This document shows positions 56,031 to 63,400 of a stretch of 64,000 bases of DNA, piece by piece. The position numbers and the translations under genes are program-made. The notes under the pieces were generated by a model. That model had not been told where the DNA came from. It saw only the letters and a list, made by a program, of their open reading frames with translations, and searched no databases. Positions within the stretch are counted from its first letter, which is position 1. Every line of letters begins with the position of its first letter. The DNA comes from Planctomycetota bacterium (GTDB lineage Bacteria > Planctomycetota > PLA2), in the NCBI GenBank assembly GCA_021776735.1, contig JAJFFH010000041.1, positions 61,553 through 125,552 of the forward strand, written 5' to 3'.

Positions 56031-57637
56031 CGACACGCTGGCTGTGGCCCGGATTCATCGCGACAAACATCGCCGTCCTTGGCGTTCTCGCCTGGGCTTC
56101 GGCCAAGGTGATGGAGCTCGAGCGCAACGAGACCCGTGCTCTCGCGGATGCCCGGAACGAGAAGCGCTTCCGGGTCGCCATGCGCGAGGTCGAGCAAGAC
56201 GTGCTTTTGTTCCTCGAGCGCGAGCAGACGCGGCCGCCGCGTTCCTACCGGCCGTTCGCCGAGTTGCCACGTCGCGCGTACGCCAAGCGCGACCTCCAAC
56301 AGATCGAGCAGGACGAGATTCTCGCGCAGTCCGAGTTGCTGGGCGAGGACAAGCCGGCGTTCACGTTGCTGCACTTCGAGACGAACCGCGACGGCGAGGT
56401 TGTGTCGCCGCAGGTGCCGGGCGCGAACTACTACGAGATTTGCGGCATCGCGCCAGCCACGATCGAAAAAAACAAGACGCACCTGGCGCGCGTGCGACAG
56501 ATGGTGGACGTGCGCGAGCTCGCGCGGCAGGTCGCGCGCGAGACGGCGTGGCGAAACGCCCGCGGCGACCAGCGCGCGGGCAAGAAGATGAAGGGCGCCG
56601 ACAACGTCGACGCGACGATCGGTCCGCTGCAACCGGTACTGCACGACGGTGAGCTGTTCTTCATGCGCGAAATCCGCCACGCGGGCCGCTACTTCCAGGG
56701 GTTCCTCATCGACTGGCCGAGCCTGCGCGCGCACCTGCTCGGCCTGATCCATCCGCGCTTTCCCGGCGCGAGACTCCGGCTCGTCGCCGACGATGCCGCG
56801 CGCAACCTCGTGTCCCTACCGGCGACCCTCACGGTCGTGCGCCCGCCCGTCGGCCGCCGCGGCTGGACGGCGTCGCACACGGTGCTGCTTACGACGTGGC
56901 TCGTCGTCGGGTTCGCACTCGCGGTCGCGGGCGCCGCACTGCACCGCGCGCTCACGTTCGGACAAAAGCAGCGCCGCTTCGCGAGCAACGTCACGCACGA
57001 ACTGCGCTCGCCGCTCACGACGTTTCGGCTGTACTCCGAGTTGCTCGCCGCGGGCCTCGTCCCCGACGACGAAAAGAAGGCGGAGTATCACGCCACGCTG
57101 CACCGCGAGTCGGGCCGCATGGCGCAGATGGTGGAAAACGTCATCGCGCACGCCCGCCTCGAAGAGGGCCGCGCGCACATGCAACCCCGCCCGATCGCCA
57201 TCGGCGCGCTCCTCGAAGACTGTCGTCCGGACCTCGAGCGCCGCGCAGGCGTCCACCCGCTGACGATCGAAACCGACGCGGTCAAAGACATCGCCGTCCT
57301 GGCCGATCCCGCCGCCGTCGGCCAGATCCTGGTCAACCTGATCGAGAACGCCGCAAAATACGCCCCGGGCCCGATCACGCTGCGCGCCCAAGTCCACCAC
57401 CGCACCGCACGCCTGCACGTCCGCGACCAGGGCCCCGGCATCCAACCCGACGAAGCCCGCCGCATCTTCCAACCCTTCGACCGCGGCCACAAAGACGAAA
57501 CCGACCCGGTCCGCGGCCTGGGCCTGGGCCTCGCGTTGGCCAGAGGTCTGGCGCACGACCTGGGCGGCGACCTGACGCTGGAACATCCGGACGCCGGCGG
57601 CGCCTGCTTTGTCCTGACGCTGCCCTTGGCGGGGTAG
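56027..57637 (+). CDS. sensor histidine kinase
   Basis: The GTG start overlaps the regulator gene stop. There are two TM helices and a periplasmic domain. The H-box is SNVTHELRSPLT, the N-box LVNLIENAAKYAP, the G1 box RDQGPGI and the G2 box GLGLGLALARGLA. Confidence 0.9.
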   Translation: MTTRWLWPGFIATNIAVLGVLAWASAKVMELERNETRALADARNEKRFRVAMREVEQDVLLFLEREQTRPPRSYRPFAELPRRAYAKRDLQQIEQDEILAQSELLGEDKPAFTLLHFETNRDGEVVSPQVPGANYYEICGIAPATIEKNKTHLARVRQMVDVRELARQVARETAWRNARGDQRAGKKMKGADNVDATIGPLQPVLHDGELFFMREIRHAGRYFQGFLIDWPSLRAHLLGLIHPRFPGARLRLVADDAARNLVSLPATLTVVRPPVGRRGWTASHTVLLTTWLVVGFALAVAGAALHRALTFGQKQRRFASNVTHELRSPLTTFRLYSELLAAGLVPDDEKKAEYHATLHRESGRMAQMVENVIAHARLEEGRAHMQPRPIAIGALLEDCRPDLERRAGVHPLTIETDAVKDIAVLADPAAVGQILVNLIENAAKYAPGPITLRAQVHHRTARLHVRDQGPGIQPDEARRIFQPFDRGHKDETDPVRGLGLGLALARGLAHDLGGDLTLEHPDAGGACFVLTLPLAG

Positions 57638-57737
57638 GAAGCAACACCGGAAGGAAAGCAAACGGACGGCGATGTTTGTCCGACCTCGAACCGCCCGCGC
57701 GGCAACCCAGACTGACGGACAATGCTCGCCAAGGTTC

Positions 57738-57956
57738 CTAGACCTCGACGCGGGTGATGAACACGTCGCTCTTAAACCGCCGCCCGACCTCGGACGGGTC
57801 GGCTTCCTCGAAGAAGAGCGTGAGCGCCTCGATGAGGTTGGCCCGAGCCCCCTCAACAGTATCGCCCTGGCTGGCGATATCGAGTTCGGGACAGAGCGCA
57901 ACGTAGCCGTCACCCTCGCGCTCGATGATCGCCGTCATCTGACGCTTGTTGGACAT
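57738..57956 (-). CDS. HicB-family antitoxin-like protein (orphan; no hicA seen)
   Basis: 72 aa. MTAIIEREGDGYVALCPELDIASQGDTVEGARANLIEALTLFFEE matches the HicB/UPF0150 N-terminal domain pattern (xIEKDEDGYVAYCPELPGCxSQGDTxEEAL). No HicA-like ORF was found in any frame of the flanking 250 bp. Confidence 0.6.
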   Translation of the reverse strand: MSNKRQMTAIIEREGDGYVALCPELDIASQGDTVEGARANLIEALTLFFEEADPSEVGRRFKSDVFITRVEV

Positions 57957-58077
57957 GCAGACATTCTACTCGCGATGCGGCCGGATATGGCGTGTCGCAC
58001 AAAACGACAAGGGAATACGTCGCGACCTCGAACGCCGCGCAGTACGCCAAGACTGGACAGGGGATTCCCGCTTGGAG

Positions 58078-58165
58078 ATGGCACAGTATCCCTACGGTGC
58101 CAGGCGATCCTGCGGCGCCGTGGCGACCGCGCTCTCCCCGAATCGCGCCATCGGACTGGCCCGAG
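58078..58165. repeat. left copy of an intergenic repeat unit (GGCACAGTATCC ... CTCTCC(C/G)CGAATCGCGCCATCGGACTGGC) that also flanks the PD40 gene on the right (60218-60370)
   Basis: CTCTCCCCGAATCGCGCCATCGGACTGGC is at 58135-58163 and CTCTCCGCGAATCGCGCCATCGGACTGGC at 60222-60250. GGCACAGTATCC is at 58080-58091 and 60354-60365. TGCCAGGCGATCCTGCGGC at 58099 is the reverse complement of GCCGCAGGATTGCCTGGCA at 60341. Confidence 0.7.
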
Positions 58166-58500
58166 TCGGGCCGCATGGCGCAGATGGTGGAAAACGTCAT
58201 CGCGCACTCGCGCCTCGAAGAGGGGCGCGCGCGCATGCAACCGCGCCCGATTGCACTCGGCACGCTCCTCGAAGAGTGCCGCCCGGATCTGGAGCGCCGC
58301 GCAGGCGTCCACCCGCTGACGATCGAAACCGACGCGGTCAAAGACATCGCCGTCCTGGCCGATCCCGCCGCCGTCGGCCAGATCCTGGTCAACCTGATCG
58401 AGAACGCCGCAAAGTACGCCCCGGGCCCGATCACGCTGCGCGCCCAAGTCCACCACCGCACCGCACGCCTGCACGTCCGCGACCAGGGCCACCCCAGCGG
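58161..58500 (+). pseudogene. duplicated fragment of the histidine kinase HATPase region (copy of 57106-57435, ~93% identity), not a functional gene
   Basis: A nucleotide-level near-repeat of the HK gene segment encoding GRMAQMVENVIAH(A/S)RLEEGRA...LVNLIENAAKYAPGPITLRAQVHHRTARLHVRDQG. It lacks the H-box and a start codon, and it is preceded by intergenic repeat sequence. Confidence 0.6.
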
Positions 58501-58504
58501 CGCC

Positions 58505-60121
58505 ATGCAACGGAGCAGACTCCCTCGACGGACCTCGCCACTGAGTACCGCACGTCCTCGGCTACAATCGCGCGCAGTGTCGTGGCTCAAGGTTCTGGTA
58601 TTCGTGGCGCTGATCGCGGCTGCGTATCTCCTCTCGCGCCACAGAGCCACGCCCTCCATGGTGCCGCAAGGCGAGGTACAAGTCGGCGCGGACCATGAAC
58701 TGGAGTTCCGCGCCGAGACCGTGGCAATCCCTGGTGGACGACGATTTCATCTGTCGTCGCGGAACGGAGTCGTCGATTTGGTGTTGCTCGACGCCAAGGG
58801 CGCTGGACGGTTTGCGTTCGGCGATGGACGATTTGAACAGCGCACCGCTGAGCCCGGAGCGGGCTTTGTTTCGGATGTTGCGGCGTGGCTCGACAAGTCG
58901 ACACCGCCTCGAAAACCGGGCCGGCTTGCAACATTCCTCTTCTCCTACGTGCGCCTCGGCGCAACAGACGGCTGGGAAGCGAACAAACTGTTTCTGCGCT
59001 TCGGTGCCCGCGAAGCCGAGGTGTATCTGAACGTCGCGCCCGATGGCAAGCGCGTCCGCCTCCTGGAGAAACATCAGGACTACGCGGCCGACTTGCTCGC
59101 AGTACTCGCCATCGCCGTGCGGGACGGAATCCCTCCGCGCAGATCGACAAGCAGCGACAAGCACATGGCCTCGGACGAACCCCTGTTTGCTCGGCCCACT
59201 TCGCTGACCGCGCAGGGTCGGCTCCACGACGGAGTGTGGTCGACGACGGGATTCGTCGGAATCATCGACAACCGCCGCGTCGTGCATTGGGCGAGCCCCG
59301 GGGCAGAGCCGACAACGGTCGGGACATCGATCGGTATCGTCACGGCACTGGCGCCTGCGCCCCGTAGCACTCGGATCGCCGCCGTGGTTGTGCATCCGAA
59401 GCGGGACGGTTCCTACTCAAGCGAGGATCCGACCGAACTGGTGATCTTCATGCCCGGAAACGAACCGCGTACGCTGTTGCGCTCTGAGGTGGAATTCAAG
59501 CTGATGAGTCACGCATCGGTGGTCTGGTCACCGGATGGGACACGCCTTGCCGTCTCAGCGCCCGGCGGCAAGAAAGTCCCACGGAAGAGCCACGTGAGGG
59601 TCATCGACGCCCGCTCCGCGGAGGTGCTGCAGAGCACGGAGAAGGCGCTGGACCTGGAACCGGTGCTGTGGTCGGCGAAGGGGCTGACGTTGGTGCGGCG
59701 CGACTTTGTAGGCGCGGACATCCTTGAATCGCACTACTCGTGGGATCCGGAGCACGGAGTTCCGAAGAAACTGCCCGCGCTGAAAGGTGTTTCGTCACCT
59801 GACGGTCGTTTCCTGGTCGGGGCGGAGGGCCAAGGTGTCCTGGTTGTCTGGGGTCCCGATGGATCGCGAAGATACGCCAGCCAGTCTGAAGAAGACCGTG
59901 CCGTCGTGAGTTCCTTGAGCGAGTTTCCGATCGTCTGGTGTGGTCCACACCACGTCGTGCTGGGAACAGATGATCCTGTCGTACTCGACCTCAATACACT
60001 CACCGTGCGACTGCTGTTCCCTGCGCGGGCCTGGACCCTGGTCGCGGCGAGTCCTGACGGCGACAACGTACTGTGCCTTTCGCCAGACGGTGAAGCGCAT
60101 TGGGGGAGTACGAAAAAGTGA
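58505..60121 (+). CDS. membrane-anchored PD40/TolB-like beta-propeller repeat protein
   Basis: The ORF track fuses this gene to the upstream HK fragment. The likely start is the ATG at 58505 or the GTG at 58578, before the TM helix WLKVLVFVALIAAAYLL. The C-terminal half has WSPDG/SSPDG/ASPDG/LSPDG repeats typical of PD40 blades. Confidence 0.5.
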   Translation: MQRSRLPRRTSPLSTARPRLQSRAVSWLKVLVFVALIAAAYLLSRHRATPSMVPQGEVQVGADHELEFRAETVAIPGGRRFHLSSRNGVVDLVLLDAKGAGRFAFGDGRFEQRTAEPGAGFVSDVAAWLDKSTPPRKPGRLATFLFSYVRLGATDGWEANKLFLRFGAREAEVYLNVAPDGKRVRLLEKHQDYAADLLAVLAIAVRDGIPPRRSTSSDKHMASDEPLFARPTSLTAQGRLHDGVWSTTGFVGIIDNRRVVHWASPGAEPTTVGTSIGIVTALAPAPRSTRIAAVVVHPKRDGSYSSEDPTELVIFMPGNEPRTLLRSEVEFKLMSHASVVWSPDGTRLAVSAPGGKKVPRKSHVRVIDARSAEVLQSTEKALDLEPVLWSAKGLTLVRRDFVGADILESHYSWDPEHGVPKKLPALKGVSSPDGRFLVGAEGQGVLVVWGPDGSRRYASQSEEDRAVVSSLSEFPIVWCGPHHVVLGTDDPVVLDLNTLTVRLLFPARAWTLVAASPDGDNVLCLSPDGEAHWGSTKK

Positions 60122-60495
60122 GATCGCAAGCGCGGTCGATAGCCCGACACGGAAGTGAGAGACACGGAGTCAACCCGATTGGCCGGGCCGATCGCGCGAA
60201 ACCATCCGGGCGGCGCTGCTCTCCGCGAATCGCGCCATCGGACTGGCGCGATTTCGGCCCTAGTCGGTGCGGCAGGATTACATGGCGCCGTACTCTCCTT
60301 ATCGCGCCACGGGCCTGGCGCGACTCACCGCGGATCGTTGCCGCAGGATTGCCTGGCACAGTATCCGACATGAAGCTCCTGACGCGCTGATGCTCCCCGG
60401 CAAGGCGATCCCCCGCTCAGCCCCCTTCCCCCACATTCCGAAATCCGATCTGAAACGATCCGATCGGCCCGGGAACTCGTTATCGGAATCAGACG

Positions 60496-63400
60496 ATGAC
60501 GGCTCGTTCGCGGATTGATCCTGAAGCGCTGCTCGCGCATCGCGACTTCGTGCGGGCGCTTGTGCTGCGGCTCGTTGGGGAGCCGCACGCGGCCGACGAT
60601 GTCGTGCAGGAGACTTGGCTCGCGGCGTTGCAGAACGCGCCCGCTCGGCCGCGATCGCTGCGGGCGTGGCTCGCTCGCGTGGCGCGCAATCTCGCGTTGC
60701 GACACGCGCGCCGGGAGGTCCGGTTGCGCCAGCGCGCACGCAAGGCCCCGCAGCCCGACGCGCCTCGCGATCCGGCAGGCGCGCTCGAACGCGTCCACGC
60801 CGAACACGCCGTCGTCGCCGCGCTGCTCGAACTCGACGAGCCGTACCGCACCACGCTCCTGCTGCGCTATTACGACGACCTCGCCCCACGCGAAGTCGCG
60901 GCGCGGCTCGGCGTCCCGGCAGCGACCGTCCGCACGCGGCTCAAGCGCGGCCTCGACACGCTGCGCGCGCGCCTCGACCAACAACACGGCGGACCCGACG
61001 GCGGCCGACGCGCCTGGGCGCTCCCGCTCATCCCGCTCCTGATTCCGATCGCGGCCGTCAAAGGGGCGGCGGCAACCACGGGAGGAATCGTGCTCATGAC
61101 CGGCAAAGGCAAGGCACTCGCCGCGGCGGCACTCCTACTCGCCGCGCTGCTCGGCTTCTGGAAACTCTCCGACCGCGCCGGCACGCCGCGCGCACGCACT
61201 GATGCCGAGCGTCCCACGCAAGGCGGTCCGATCACGAGAAAGCAAACGGACAGCGATGTTCCCGAGCCGGCGCGCGACCGAGCGACTGTCGCCGTCGCGG
61301 TGCGCGTCCTGGACCCCGACGGCCACCCTGTTCCGGACGCGCAGGTCGGCGCCTACGCCATGGCTCACATCGAGCTCGGCGTGCCGCTGTTCACCGGACA
61401 AGACGACCTCTTCGCGGTTTCAAAACCGGTGCTGACCCGTCGCACCGACGCAGCCGGCGAGGCGTCGTTTCCCCTCCCCCTGTCCACGAGCACGGTGTTT
61501 GAAGCGACGGCGCAGAGCCATGCACGGGCACGCTCACGCGTCGTGGCGCTGCCCGCCGGCAGCACGGCTCCGCCTCCGGTCGTCCTACACCTGCGCCCGG
61601 CGCACGCGCTCACCGGCACCGTGCGCGACGACACGGGGGCACCGTGGCCGGGTGTCGCCGTGTGGTTGACGTCGCCCACGTTCGGCCAGCGTCTTCCCGT
61701 TCGCGAGTTGGCGGCCCGCACGATCACGGACAAGCTGGGGCGTTATCGCTTCGGCGATTCGGCTGCGGGTGACTACGGCCTTTGGTGCGGCTCCCCGGCC
61801 GCGAGCCCGTCGCGCCGGGCGATCGTGCGACTGCCTCACGTCACCGTGTTCGATGTCGTGCTGCCGCGCGGTGGTTGCGTGCACGGTGTCGTCACGCGAA
61901 CCGATACCGGCGCGCCCGTCGCCGGCGCTACGGTCGAGATCCACGGCGTGAAGGGCTCGCTCACGAAGGTCCGCACGAACGCGCAGGGCGAGTACCGCGT
62001 CGCGCATCTCGGCGGCCGCGCCGTTTTCCGCATCCGGGCGCGCGCCGCCGGCTTGTGCCTGCGCCTCGAAAACAACGGACAGGACCACCGCTGGATCCCG
62101 CTCGGCGCGGACGAGACCTACCGCCACGACCTGAAGCTCGAGTCGGCGCCCGAGGTGTACGGCGTCGTCCGCGGCCCCGACGGGCCGCTCGCCGGCATCG
62201 CCATCGCCGCGTATCACCAGGCGCCTCAGTGGCACCTCAACGGCGCGCGCACGGTCACGGACTCCGAGGGCCGCTATCGGTTGTCCGTCGCCCCCGTCCG
62301 CCACCAACTCAGCGCCGCAGGCGGCGGCTTCGCGGTCCCCGCTAACCAGCAGTGGCTTCGTCCGCTCGACCAGGCGACCGGCAGCGAACCGTTCGTCGTC
62401 GATGTTCCCGAGCGCGGTGCGATCCGTTGCGATCTTGAACTTGCGTCCATGCGCGCCGGGGGAATTCGCCTCGCCGGACGCGTGACCAACGACACGGACG
62501 ATCCGGTCGCCGGGGCCCTGGTCAGTGTGTTCATGCAACGTACCTGGACCGACGCTGCCGGCGCGTTCGAGCTCGACGGAATCAAGGGCGAGCAGACGTG
62601 GGTCGTTGTTGCCGCCGACGGCTTTCGCACGATCCAAAAAAGCATCGCCGTCCGTTCCGGTAGTCCGATCTCGCTCACGCTGGAACGCGCGCGCACCGTG
62701 ACCGGCCGGGTCACCGCCGGCGACGGCGCGACACTGGACGACGCCGCGGTTCTGATCGCGGTCTTGCCTCGCGGCTGGGCCCGCACTCGGGACCGCGCCG
62801 CGAAGTTCGACGCGCTCTGGAGCCGCGCCGAGCGCGTGCGCGCCGCCCGCGACGGATCGTTCACGTTCACGGTTGTCGATGGCCGCCTCCGCTACGTGCG
62901 CGCGACGGCCCGCGGGCGGTCGCTCGGGCCGCCCGTCGCTCTCGGCTCCGGCGACACCGAGCTCGTGCTGACCGTGCCGGAGGGCGGCGCTCGAACCGGG
63001 CGCGTGCTCGACGCCGACTCCGGAGAGCCGATCGCCGGCGCTCGGATTCGCACGCAAGGGATAGGAGCGGCGCGACACAACCCGTTCGCCAAGGACGGCG
63101 ATGCCTTTGGACCGAATGCGCCCGTCGTGGCCGTGTCCGCCGCGGACGGAACGTTCGTGGTCGCGCGGGCCCCCACGCATCGAGTTCGCGTTGCGGTGGA
63201 AGCGTTCGGCTACCGGCCGCACGAAGTCGTCGCGGACGAGTCGATCGGCGAGGTGCGTCTCGCGCCGAATGCCGTCGGCCTCGCGGGAACCGTGCGCTAC
63301 GACGACGGCGCGCCCGCCATCGGTCTTGTCGTGTTCGCCGATCCTGCGGACGGCAAGTCACGACGCGTGTCCGGTCTCGGCACGAGTCCGACCGGCCGCT

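Noticed and set aside
57957-58160. Search for a HicA toxin ORF next to hicB
   Set aside because: All three minus-strand frames upstream of hicB were translated. None resembles HicA (no GSH...H motif and no ~60-aa basic ORF). The region is repeat DNA.
57992-58504. N-terminal 170 codons of the 709-aa ORF 57992..60121
   Set aside because: This part consists of an intergenic repeat unit plus a duplicated fragment of the histidine kinase gene, read through in frame by chance. The genuine gene starts near 58505 or 58578, before its TM helix.
61585-63222. 545-aa and other long minus-strand ORFs in 60300-63600
   Set aside because: They are antisense to the sigma-TM-CarboxypepD_reg fusion gene, with Arg/Ala/Gly-rich junk translations.
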